Shown here: positions 49,074 through 62,137 of the stretch, in pieces
How positions within the stretch are numbered: position 1 is the first letter of the stretch
Layout: each line of letters begins with the position of its first letter
Source: Octopus sinensis
Lineage: Eukaryota
DNA length: 64,000 nt
Assembly: GCF_006345805.1 (NCBI RefSeq)
Contig: NC_043019.1
Coordinates: forward strand, 2,914,001-2,978,000
Direction of reading: 5' to 3'
The notes under the pieces: generated by a model
The model's database searches: none
What the model was told of the DNA's origin: nothing
What the model saw: the letters and a program-made list of their open reading frames with translations, nothing else
Translations under genes and position numbers: made by a program

Positions 49074-51677
49074 ATATTATCATTCCAGATATATATATCA
49101 ATTTAAATAATTATTTACATGTTTACAACTTCTTATTAATCAATCAGTATTGAACATAAATTATAATTACCATTTTAAAAATATAACAGATTTTGCTATA
49201 TGAATTTCTCCATATTACAGCTACTTAAATGCACTCAGAACAAATAAAGTTGGTAGTGATCTCTACAAATACTGTACTTACTAAAATATGATGACCTTTT
49301 TTCAAATTTTCACTTGAGAAACGTTCAGTTTTACATCAAGTTTTCAGAACTCGATACTAATGAAACTGAAAGTTTTATTTTCATTTCACAAAAGTAAAAA
49401 AAAACAGTATGTTGTTCAAAACCTCTTAACTATTATGCTATTGTTATTACCAACATCATCTTTACTAACATCAGTTGCTCCATATTCAGTCAGTAGACAT
49501 AGGTTGCTGGCTGAAATATAAGTGGTGTCTCTATTGCTGAACATCAATTAAGTGAAAAAAAATGTTTTTGTTCCTGCTGTTCAAGTCAAATACTCATATG
49601 TGAATAATATAGGTTTAAAATCAGTGTTTTTTGTTTTTTAAAGATATAAATGAGCATTTAAGTTTTCTTCTTGAAATGCTGAGTTGTGATATATTTCCTT
49701 GACTTTTTTTATTTTATTATTATTGTCCTGTTTCAAGGGTGAACAAGTTAAAACTACAGAGGAAACAAAAATATAAATTTGTTGGGTTTCTTTTTTTAGT
49801 ATAAATAGAGACATTATGAAAATAATAATTTCAAAACAAAGTTCATGCTGAGAGAAATTTCATGCCATTAATTAATTGAATGTGAAATCAATAACTTGAA
49901 ATAATTAACTGCAACATTGAGAATAACTTTAGATAAACAATCAGATTGCTTCATTGGCTAACAAATATTTTAAACTGCTCCTTAAGCAAGCTAGTCAAAA
50001 ATATTTTATTGATATTTAGAATTTAAATTTATAGCTTTGTTTTCTTTTTGTAGCAAAAATTCCAAACAATGTTTACTTAACACAAATAATTTTCACATTT
50101 GAACAATGAACATTTCCAAGGCTGAATTTATTATTTAATAATTATTTGTAGCAATGTAGCAATATATATTTATATATATATATGATGGTGTGAAGAAACA
50201 GGGTAATTTATTCCAAATTTACATCCATTCAAGTTAATTTGTTCCGAATTTATATTGCTATTTTAAAGTTTATGAAAATTAGTGAAATTCAGTTTATAGT
50301 TTAAGGCTATATGTGACAATGTATTATCTTGACTATAACAAAATGACTAATACAAAGGTATTTACATTGATACATTATACAAAAATAGTAAAGAGCCATT
50401 TGAAGTCAGATAGCTTCTCTTTCAATATAATATCATTTAATGTTAAACTTATTCTTACAAAACCACGTTTTTACTATGCTTTATTATGTTGCTTATTTCT
50501 TTCTAAGATAGTTATGTGTGAAAACAACATTCTGTTGAACAAGTTTGTTTCTATAACATCAACAATTCTTGGTATTGATTAAAACATTTTATATTTTATT
50601 CCCAGCTAACAAAATTTTTAATATCTTCTAGCAGAGAATATATAAGACCAATAGAATTTAAGGGGAAATGACTGAACAATTTAACAAACCTATCACACTT
50701 ATATCAGACTTAAAAAGGAAAAACACAGCCAAAATAGTAATATAAAGAATAACTTAAGTGAATTATATTAAAAGAGTTTGCATTAAATATTTACAATATA
50801 GAGTTTTGAAATATCTATTGAAATGGTACTAAATTTATTTTGAACATTCTTGTCCATTTAATTTAGTTTAACATAGAATCATAACAATTGATTTTGTTTT
50901 ATTCATATAGTTTTATACAAAACTTTGTTCTGTTTGTATTGAAACTGAATATTAGTTCCTAACGTTAGAGATATGAGGATCCTCACAGAACATGCAGATG
51001 AGTTGTACTTTTTATTAGAGAATTAATGTTATAGTAGAAAGACTTTCATTTTTATTGCTTTGTTTATTGTTGTTGTTAACACTAGGAGTACAGAGCGATC
51101 ATTTTTGTATGTCTTTGTCTCAATTAGATGTCCTCATCAGTTGAAATACGATAATATCAGGATACTTAATTTATTTGAACTGAAGAAGACATCTTGCTAA
51201 CACCTTCACTGCTAACCTCCTTATCAACTTCAAGGTTAGCTAAACCTAGTGAGTATTCTGAAACTGTCAACCTTCATGTTGGCAGATCTCTGGCTAACCA
51301 ATATATAACTGAGTCATAATTAACTGTGAATGTTAACTCTGATATTCATACAGCTAATTATTATGAAAGAATGATATATAAGTGGAGGTGTTTAAATGGG
51401 ATAACAGAATAAAATGGTCACTTGGTAGTGCTAGTGTTATGGTATAGCAACTGGCATAGAAGCTGCAACACATTTGGCAATAAATGCCTGATTTAATTTG
51501 CCATAACAAACCTAGTCAGACATCCATGTAATAAGAGCATCTCAGTTTACTTATAAGTAGAAATTCTATAAATCATTGTAGAAATGTAAAGCTTCAAAGG
51601 AAGTCTTCTGGAAGCGACCACATTCTTTGTACTAGGTAAATAGAGAAATTATACCTGTTTGTAAGACTACTACTTAC

Positions 51678-52244
51678 CTCGGCAAACTAAAGTGAAGACA
51701 TTGTTCATTACATCTTTGAGCTGGTTGAACTCGCTTAGTAAAAACATGTTACTTTCTGAGGGATAAGAACTAATGAGATGCAATTCCTGGGAATTAGTAA
51801 GATTAACACCCACAGTGATAATATGTACTCCTGAATTTCGAGTATGGATAGCTTCAGGAATTGTACCATATGAATTGATATTGGAATTACTATCCGTTAT
51901 TAATATAGCAAAATCTCTTGCATAAATCCGATCACCATATCCTCTGCTGAACATGATGGTGTTTAATGTTTTTAGAGCATCAGCCATGTTTGCACTACCT
52001 CCAAAATAAGCAACTTTATCGATCGTTTTAAGCAGATCTTGTTTTCTCTTGACTTCATTGAGGTGGAACTGAATATGTTCAGAGGTGCTGAAAGTCATCA
52101 TACCAATACGAGCCAACCGAGTATCAATGTCATATAGAGAAACAAAGTCTTTCATAAACTGCAGCATTTTCTTGAAGTTTCTCTCAGTAATACTGATGGA
52201 GGAATCCAGAACAAAGACCAGATCAACTTTTGCCAAGGAGCAAT
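51678..52244 (-). CDS. Exon 3: VWA2 (DCSLAKVDLVFVLDSSISI...LVCR)
   Basis: 567 nt, tgtag|AT ... CGAG|gtaag; phase 1-1; overlaps ORF 51670..52236. Confidence 0.95.
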
Positions 52245-55200
52245 CTACAGAATAATTGAGTAAGGAAAAAGACTATCAGATTTTATGACCCTAAAGCTAC
52301 TTACACTTTGGCTCATTCTATGGTCTTTCAACAGTCTGCAAGATTCAGAATCTTCCATCAAGTGAAAAAAAAATCTTTTTTCTTCTTTCCAAACTAATTA
52401 GAATATACTTTAAATAATTAATCAAATTAGCCAGGACTTTTGCTTTTAAATTACTTATTTTTACAATAATTCAAGTAATTCACAAACATAGTTAATATTT
52501 CTACAGTCTGAAGCACTTTCTAAAATTTAAGTAATACAGGTTAAATTAGTTATTTGATTTATTTGCTAATTAATCAAAATAATTAAAATTCTCAGGTGTA
52601 TATACAGGTATCTTGACCTAAGAGATCTGGTCAACTGCTGAAATCTTAAAGTATTGTAGAAACTGAATTGAACACTGAAAGACAGTAAAATGATTGTTTT
52701 TTTCAATGGGGTTTGAAGCACATGGAACAGTGAATTAACCTACAAACATTGGATTCATAGAGTTAAGTAAATTAGACTATTAAATGTGAAGCATTGAAGA
52801 CCGAATAGGAGCAGATAACCCTTTAGCTGATTGTACAGTTAAGTACCTATAGTTCTTTAAAGAGTAATGAAATATAAATATAATAATAACTAAGTCTTTT
52901 GAGGGGTCTAAATAACTAAGAGGTTTAAACAATAACCATTATTTTTCAGTTTAGCTATATACCATAACAGTGGCTTTAAATAATGTTTTTATTGTTATTC
53001 TCTAACTCAATACAATTTGCCTGTATCAAGGGGTAATACAAATTAAAATATCAATAGATTTGATATATTTTACTAGTTTAAAGCTTTTATAGATGATGTT
53101 GCCCTTTTTTTTTTTTCGATTGCAAGTTTAATCCTGGTATTTTCAAATCTGAAGAAAAATAAAAACGCTAGCATGCTTAATAAATCAATACAGACAATAG
53201 GTTACTTTCATTGACACGAGTAGTATTTGGCATACATTATATAAGCCATGAGTATCCTTATTTAATCATATTTGGTTATGTTTAATTTGAGCTCACTTAC
53301 TAAGCTTCTCTCACAAAAAGTAATTCTTTAATCAGTAATTCTACTAAAGGACAGAGTAAATCAGTTTTACATCCTTTTTAATCCATATCACCTTGTCTGA
53401 ATGAATTTAGCTACAAAGAATAATAACACTGTTCCTTGATCATAATAAATATGAAAAAAAATGTTTATCAGGTCTTATTCAAATTTTTAGATAGCAATAG
53501 AGTATTTATGAAAATTTATGTTTCTTCCAAGACTATTTTCCTTGTTTGTTTTTTAGCAGGCACAAAATTGCACAAGCTGGGATTCTTTGTTATTTATACA
53601 TTTAATGTGGACAACAATGAACAAATGTAGTAGCATATTTAAATAGATTATCAATGGTTTCTGGAGCTATTGGTGGAGTTCAACTGATGAAGTCAATATC
53701 ATCTGTGGCTCTTTCTCTTCTCTGCTGAATTATTGATGTATAAATCAAAAATGATATCCAAATTAAAATCGTTTAAAACTAGAATTGTAAGTGTCCATGT
53801 TTCCATGATGGATGTAATTTTGAGTACCTAAAAATCATATAATACAATTTGTGATTCCTCGTTCCTACCTAAACAGTTTTATCAGTGTTAGTAATAAATG
53901 AAACTTAAAATTATTTGATGCATAAATTAGCAACCAAAATATTATACAAAGGTTAAAAATAGATGGATAATGCAGTAACATAGACATCCCCCAACACGGA
54001 TTAAAATTATTATAAGTGCAATATTATTCTATAGTGTGCCATTTTCGAGCAACATGTCTCCATTAGAGACTTTATGAAGTTTCAGAGAGAAGAAATAAGA
54101 TTTTAATTTCAAAAAAAAAAGAAGAACTATTTCTATATTTAATTTAGAGATAGGAAGAGGAAATAGAGAGTTAGAAATGTAATCTTTGCAGAAGTTGAAG
54201 AGAAAATAGAAATGAACCCGAGACTGACTTAGGTAAACTATTTTAAATGCATGCACTAAACATAATCAAGCCTACTGAAAACGTAACACTATGATAATGA
54301 AAGGTTTTTGAATAAACCTCTATTCAGTAAATGATAATGGATATAGCTAGTTGACATTATTGTCTACAAAGAAAATTCATTAGATCTTTTGAATGGAAAC
54401 TTAAAAACATCAGTAAGCTATTTAAAATAGTTTATTTTTATATAATAATTTTTAAGGCATTTTCTTTTCCTTTTACTTAACTAAAACAAGGCTTTTTTTA
54501 ATAGTTAATAATATTCATATTAAACTAATATATAACTGAAGTTATTACATTTTAACTTAAATATTGGAAGTGATTTAAATAATGAAAATATTGTGGGACT
54601 GTCATCACTTACCAAGCTCGTTATATACAGAGAATTGAACTTATTTCAAGGAAAAGCTTAGAGAGAGTAAATTTAAATTAAAACATTAGGACAATTTAAT
54701 ACTAATTCTATAATACATTTTCACTAAGAATTATTAGGAATATAATTCATCTTCAAAAAATAATTTTACAAAATGTAATTATGTCTATTTTGGCACTTTA
54801 AAATACCACATAAAAATGGAATAAATTTTAATGGATGAAAATGTTGAAATATATTTTAATGCATCTATCACAAATTAGTAACTTCATATTCAGAGTATTC
54901 ATACAGAATAAAATGACAAAATGTCCTAATTTTAATCAGGTTTGTAAGATATTATTTTATCCAAATTATATGACATGGAATACTTAATCAATTCAAAAAT
55001 TTTAAACAAATTAGATTACCTGTTGTCCTGCCTAAAATCCAATCAGGGCAGTAAGATGAAAAAATAAAAATATAAAAACAATTATTAGGAAGTTTCAAAT
55101 GTAACTCTACAAATGTGTTCTCTAATATTCTTAAAACAAACAATTTAAAAATCTAAAAGTATATTTGATAATATCTATCCTAAATATTTTGTTGCTTATT

Positions 55201-55977
55201 TTAAACAGCAATTTCTTTGGTTGCAATAAAATTTCTATCATATAATTTTGTAATCGACTTCTTTCACTTTGTTGGAAACATTCCCCAAGTAGTTCCCTTG
55301 CTATCTAATGGTAACAAAAACCTCCAGTTGATAGTGTGTCACTAGCTAAGCTATTGGAAACATTAATTTTAAACAACACGGCTACTATAGCATGTAAACT
55401 TTATAATTAGATACAATTCATTACAATGATCTAACTCCTGCAAAATCACTTCTAAGTATGCATTGCTACAGTCACTTTCACTATAGTTTGTAATATGTGC
55501 TGGTATGGCTGTGAGGTAAGAAGTTTGTTTACCAACCATATGGTTCCATTCCTCTATAATTAGAACACTTTCTCTTGCCTCATTTTCTAAAAAATTAGGA
55601 CTATCACTCCAGATTGTCATTGGTTTGATACCCTTCCAGAGGTCCAAACCATCTGGCATACATGAGCCAACCAGGGAATATTATCTCTGATTAAGGCTTT
55701 TAAAATGTGTTCATTTTAAATACGAGATTCTAATCAACATGTGCTGAACATCAAAGACAAACAATATACCCACTAAACATATACAAATAGCACAGAAGGA
55801 ACCATAAAACAGACTTCATGATGAATATCAAGCAAAAGCAAAAGGAATACAGATTGCAAAAACTAAGTGAACAGAGAACAGGACAAAATATATCCAAAAC
55901 AAGACAGCCCAAATTAAAGGAGTATCACAAAACAAGATAAAATACAACTTCATAAAAGACACATCACAATACATATT

Positions 55978-56362
55978 CCACATGTTTCTAGGTTCAGTTC
56001 CACTACATGGCACCTTGGACAAGTGTCTTCTACTATAGCCTCAGGCTGACCAAAGCCTTGTGAGTGGATTTGGTAGATGGAAACTGAGAGATCCCATTGT
56101 ATATATCTATGTATATGTATGTGTGTGTGTGTGTGTGTCTGTCTGTCAGTGTATATATTTGCTTTCAACACTTTACTACTTGACAACTGGTGTTGGTGTA
56201 TTTACATCCCTTTAACTTAACGATTCAGCCAAAGAGCCCAACAGAATAAGTACCAGGTTTAAAGAAATAAGTACTGGGGTAGAATTGTTTCACTAAAATG
56301 CTTCAAGACAGTGCCCCAGCATGACTGCACTCTAATGATTGAAACAAGTAAAAGGTAAAAGA
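55978..56362 (+). mobile_element. SINE-A, diverged
   Basis: Homology to family A. Confidence 0.8.
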
Positions 56363-56589
56363 CAGACACAAAACAAACTCCCTATACATTTATTATGTTA
56401 TATTTTCTTTTTTGGGGTGGGGACAAGTTATTAGACCTATACTAAATATGTGTGTACATACCTGCAATATATCAAAGATGTTCACCTACATATCAAATAA
56501 AGTTTAAATGGTTCTGAATAAAGAGTACAGGGCAATGAAATTTTATGTAATTTATTTAAGAAAGAGATGTCTGAGTAAGATTTGCTCTC

Positions 56590-56958
56590 TTCTTTATTTC
56601 TTTTATTGGTTTCAGCATTGGAGGACAGCATTTAGTCAAACAAATCGACCCCTGGACTTATTCTTTGCAAGCATAGTACTTATTCTATCAGTCCGTTTTG
56701 ACAAACCACTAAGTTACAGGGATGTAAACACACCAACATCGGTTGTCAAGCAATGGTGGGGGTGACAAATAAACACAAATATATACATGCATGAATATAT
56801 ACAATGGATTTCTTTCAGTTTCCATCTACCAAATCCACTCACAAGGCTTTGGTCAGCCTGAGGCTATAGTAGAAAACACTTGCCCAAGGTGCCATGCAGT
56901 GGGACTGAACCCTGAACCATTTGGTTGGGAAGTAAGCTTCTTACCACACAGCCATGTC
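56590..56958 (-). mobile_element. SINE-A
   Basis: Reverse-complement homology to family A. Confidence 0.82.
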
Positions 56959-56975
56959 TGCACCTCTAGATATCA

Positions 56976-58233
56976 TCAGGCTAAGTAAAAAGTAAGCAAC
57001 GTTTTGAAACATGAAATTCATCACAATATGTTTCAACAATGTGAAACTTTTATTCATCAGAGTAATTACCATTCAATCAACTCCTTTTTGCTAATGAGTT
57101 ATAAGTTTGTTTATTTTAGTAACATAAAATGTCTGGAGTTCTGGGGCTGATGTACTTTTTGAATGCACTCTCAGCATTGGCTTGATATTTGAACTCTTTC
57201 TCATACAGGAAACCATCATGGTGCTTGAAAATATGGTAGCTGGTAGGAGAAAGGTCTGGGGAATAAGCTGGGTGGGGAAGAACTTCGTAGCCAACTTCTG
57301 GAGTGTCATTAGTGAAACATGTAGTCAAACATTGTCATGAAGAATGATTGGCCCTCTTCTGTTGGAATAGCAGTTTTTCATTCATTTTGGCAATTTCATG
57401 GCAATATGTTTCTGCAGTAATGGTTTATCTAGGTCTTAAGAACTTATAGTGGATGTGTCCAGCAGTACAACACCAAACAGTCACCATAACCTTCATTTTG
57501 AAGAGCTCGGGTTTAGGGAAGGTTTTTCGGTGCTTTATTTTGGTCCAATCACTGCAAAGAACATTTTTTTATAATTGCTCAGGATCCACTTTTTATTACA
57601 AGTTACAATATGGTTGAGAAATGGATCAGTCTGGTTATGGAGAAGAAGCAATGAACAAATTTCATAACTGTGCTTTTTCTGATTTTCATTCAAATCATGT
57701 TGTACCCATCTGTCGAACTTTTTTGATTTTCTGATCGCATGCAAATGGCTGCTGGCAGTTTTCTGACTAACTTGAAGTTCTTTTGCCAGTTCTCGAGTGG
57801 TTTTACATGGATCTTTTCCAATAACGGTCCTTAACTGACTGTCATCGATGACGGATGGGCATCCACTACACTCATGATCTTCAAGGCTCAGGTCTCCACT
57901 GAGAAATCATTTAAGCCATTTTCGAGCTGACCACTCACTGGTCATTTCCTCACCAAACATTTCGTTGATATCGCAAGCTGTTTCAGCTGCTTTATGTCCT
58001 TTCTTGAAGTTGAATAGCAAAACTGCTTGAATATCACACTCTGACAGTTCTACTTCAGATGATTGTAATAACGGTGAAAAAAATCAATGTTAATTTATTG
58101 ATGCATTTGGGCAAGTCTATGTCTGTATTATCAGACAACTGCAAACAAATGTTTAAAAAAATTCAAAACTCTGCAAAATTCCAGTACAAATTCTTCATGG
58201 TTCAAAATGTTGCTTACTTTTTACTCAACCTGA
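56976..58233 (-). mobile_element. Full-length, inactivated mariner transposon (1258 bp)
   Basis: About 40-bp imperfect TIRs TCAGG(C/T)T(A/G)AGTAAAAAGTAAGCAAC; TA after the right end, CA before the left; WVQHDL (WVPHEL), IVTCNKKW, HPAYSPDLSP motifs; stops and frameshifts. Confidence 0.92.
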
Positions 58234-58409
58234 TATTTACCTATAGATATTATTTACATATAGAATAATTTAGATATGAAAGATTTCTTCCAAATTTATT
58301 TCTTCAAAGTTAACTAATCAATATTATGCAAAAACATTTAGCAAAATATAAAATATTTGTAATAATTAAATTAAATAATGTTATATAAGATATAAAAGAT
58401 TTTTCAAAT

Positions 58410-58615
58410 TTTGGCACAAGGCCATCAAATTTAAGTTGGGGTGGGAAAATTGATTACATCAACCAAAGAACTTGGTTGGTACTTTATTTTATCGAACCCA
58501 AAAGAATGAAAAGTAATCCTTCACTGGGATTTGAACTCAAACATAAAAATTCAGCAAAAATCCACTAAGCATTTTGTCTGACATGGTAATGATTCAGCCA
58601 GCCCATCACCTTGTT
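58410..58615 (-). mobile_element. Diverged SINE-B variant
   Basis: GGTACTTTATTTTATCGAACCCAAAAGAATGAAAAG...ATTTGAACTCA. Confidence 0.6.
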
Positions 58616-59359
58616 TCTGCCTAAATGAAAATGAGAGCATATGAAATGCATATGTGTAACAGAAATAATGTGTCTTCTCTTAACTATTTACTCAAAACAA
58701 TTTGCAATTGTATTGTTAGTATCCAGAAGTGTGTTAAAGGAGAGTTAGAATTATTTCAATATAAATAATAAAATTAATTTGAATAAATGAAATAAAGACT
58801 CACAATTTACCCAAGTTGCTGAAATTTACTGAATTACATTTAAATAACAAAGAAAATAAATAGATAAATGATACCCAATTTGTAAACTTTGTGTTTGCCA
58901 ATATTAATAAGCTGCAAGCATTTGTAAATTATAGATTACAATAAATCTGCATAAAAGTAATAATAGTTTTTTTCCCCCCCTTCGCTTTATTTGATGCAGC
59001 AAACTCAAGATAAAAAATTGAAAAGTAATTGAATATTTGTGAAAGAGGAAATTATCAACAGCTCTTGCCATGGCCATTTTGGGGGAAAATTTCAAAGTTA
59101 TAAAACAAAAAGTGTTTGAGCAATGAATTGAGTAACATGCAGTGATTTCTTTAACATCAAGTGAATCTCATGAAGTGAAGAAAAAAAACATTTTGCATTT
59201 CAAATTTAAAGAATATATTTTAAAAAATTTACTATCTAAAATTAAAACTTTGTGAATACACTGAGCCATATATATTCATGAGTAATGGGAGGCAGGAGGC
59301 TAAATTGGAAGCTAGAATTATAGGTGCAGGTACAGTAATACATTAACTTTAGCATTCAA

Positions 59360-59810
59360 TCCTCAGAAGAGGTGAGGTTGATGAAAAGGCCAATGTTGCT
59401 ATCTTCAGTTTCATTTAGGTGTCTATCTTTACCTATGGTTATGAATGTTGGGTAATAACCAAGAGAATATAATTTGAAAGAGAAGTGGCCAAAATGCAAT
59501 TCCTCTGAAGGATCCCTGGAGTAATATTACTTGACAGGGTGCATAGTTTGGAGATCATGGAGTCATTCCAAGTCATGCTGCTACTTCACATTGAGAGGTC
59601 ACACCTCCAGTATATCAAGTAAGAATCGCAAAATGGATTCTTCAAGCTTAACCAATTGGCAGGAGACCTCGAGGTTGGATAATATCCATAGTCTCAGTTA
59701 GTCAGGTTTCAGAATCCAACTGGAAATGTAATGACTGTTGATAAGACCCTATGGAGGAAGTGCATGAGGACTTTATCTCCACCACTTTCCCAAGAATAGT
59801 GTGTGGAGAA
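59360..59810 (+). mobile_element. Degenerate RTE (Rex3/Expander-like) LINE 3' fragment
   Basis: KANVAIFSFI*VSIFTYGYECWVITKR...AKMQFL*RIPGVILLDRVHS. Confidence 0.7.
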
Positions 59811-60293
59811 AAATGGATAGATGACTTAAGAAAAAGAATTCTATTTGCTTGATATTATGTTGGTAGACTCAGTTATTGTCTTCTTTCACTCTTATTAAAT
59901 ATTTGAACCATGAATAGTATTAAAGTAATAGCAAAATATGAAGCATTCATGCAAGTGCAAATACCATGGTTGTTAGGTATTTATAAATGAAAAAAAAAAA
60001 GAATTAATGGATATTGACGAACCAATGGTTATTGTAATTCAACAAGTATAAATCCATATGTTCCAGAAAATTTATGTAATTGTGAACTAAAGTACTTTGC
60101 TAATTAACAACATGATAATTCACTCATTTCCTTTCACTTTCTTAACAAAGGAATGCTAAAATGAGAGACAAAAGAAGACAAAGGATATATGCATTGGATT
60201 TGACCATTTCTAAGTGAATTTCATCCACACTATGTATTAGATAAGTATTGCTTATAGTCATGTATTGACTTGAACAATCTAACAAAAACTTAC

Positions 60294-60863
60294 CTTCTGG
60301 GCAAAACTTTTGGAAAATTTTCTGTTTTAAATACTTCAGCTCTTCAAAGTCTTGAACTGTATGCCGATACTTTTTAGTAGGCGTTGAAGCTATTCCATCA
60401 AGCTCTCTTGTGTCAACCAAGTCAATACCAATTGCATAAACTTGTATTCCATCACGCTGAGCGGTCTTAGCTTCTATTATAGTCCTATCACTATTTACAC
60501 TTGAAACACCATCTGTGAGAACGACCGCAATATTTGGTACATTCACACGATCTCCATTTTCTTTTACAAACATTTTAGTACGCATGTCCCTTAAAGCATC
60601 AGCAGTATTGGTGGTACCGGCTTCATATGGAATATTTAATATAGCATTTTCCAGACTGTCTTTTGTTGTATAGGAATTTAAATAGAAACGTATCGTAACT
60701 TGTTCATTAAAGGTTAATAACCCAACACGTACAACCGAATCAATATCAGCATCAGATATGAGATCTTTTACAAACATAAGCATCTTCTTGAAGTTTACTT
60801 GTGATACACTTGCAGAAGAATCAATAAGGAAGACGATATCAGAACTTGCTGGCCCGCATCTGC
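60294..60863 (-). CDS. Exon 2: VWA1 (GRCGPASSDIVFLIDSSASV...KFCPE), MIDAS intact
   Basis: 570 nt, tag|GC ... GAAG|gtaag; DxSxS (DSSAS), GTTNT, LTDG, GDR; lies in ORF 60142..60891. Confidence 0.95.
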
Positions 60864-60937
60864 CTATAGAATAATGTTGAAAACAGAACAATGTTGAACA
60901 ATGATGGGCAAACTGACAAAAGTTGCCCTCTGATACA

Positions 60938-61170
60938 CTATTTACATTTGACGGCTATTTGTCCTCATCTTGTTTGTTGTTAACACAACATTTCGGCTGA
61001 TATAACCTCCAGCCTTTATCAGGTGTCTTGGGGAAATTTCAAACCTGGTTTCTTATTCCTAAGGTAGTTTTCGATATTATTATTATTCTTATTATTTTTA
61101 TCCAGGTAACTGCCTGGAATTAAACTTGGAATCTTGAGGTTAGTAGCCCATACTCTTAACCACTACATCA
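60938..61170 (-). mobile_element. Family F SINE copy; HHR core mutated (CUGAUAA, GAAAU)
   Basis: Reverse complement aligns along its length with 40912-41130. Confidence 0.8.
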
Positions 61171-61177
61171 AATGCCT

Positions 61178-61460
61178 GTGGTGTAGTGGTTAAGAGTGCA
61201 GGCTACTAACCCCAAGATTCCGAGTTCAATTCCAGGCAGTGATCTGAATAATAATAATAATAATAATGATAATAATAATAATAACAACAACAACATCGAA
61301 AACTACCTTAGGAATGAGAACCCAGGTTTGAAATTTCCCCAAGACACCTGATGAAAGCTGGAGGGTATATCAGCTGAAACATGTTAACAACAAAGATGAG
61401 GACAAATGTCCATTAAATGTAAATAATGTACATAATTCCTCATCTCTTAAATATAGAATT
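61178..61460 (+). mobile_element. Family F SINE copy, head-to-head with the previous one; HHR 3' end deleted
   Basis: TGGTGTAGTGGTTAAG...GTTCAATTCC...(AAT)n...GACACCTGATGAAAGCTGGAGGGTATATCAGCTGAAAC. Confidence 0.8.
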
Positions 61461-62137
61461 GCCCTCTGATGTTTGCTAAAGAGTTGATAGAAAAGATGAA
61501 CTAAATTTACACAGCAATAGACAAAGAACAACCAACATGTGAACACCATAAAATACAAGCACAAAAGGAATCCCCCAATAAACTGAACAATACAAACTAT
61601 TGCCTGAGTTGCCATACTGAGGCAAATTTTAAATGGAAAGCTAGATATAGAAAAACATCAAAGATAAACAATTTACCCAATGAACATGGACAAATAGCAC
61701 AGAAGGAACCATAAAACAGACTTCATGATGAACATCAAACAAACACAAAAGCAATATCGATTGCAAAAACCAGGTAAACAGAAAACAGGACAAAATATAT
61801 CCAAAACAAGACAGAACAAATTAAAGGAGTATCACAAAACAAGATAAAATAGAATTACATAGACAATATTAGACATAACCAGTACAATTTGAGTTACATA
61901 AATACTAGTAGTATATTCACTTAAAACAGAGAAAGAACATAAATCATATAATTACTACCAAAACAAAAAAAAGAACAAAAATTGAATAAACTCTTTAACA
62001 TAAACTTAACATTTCAAATACCTATCAGATATGTATTAGCATGAACAATATTAGCATTTATTATATTGTAAGCAATTATATGAGGTCTAAAGATCAATAT
62101 GGTATTTGCACTTTAAAATGGGCTGCATTCTTTAAGC

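Noticed and set aside
57021-57060. Minus-strand CUGAUGA...GAAAC
   Set aside because: Lies in the mariner subterminal region with no stem II.
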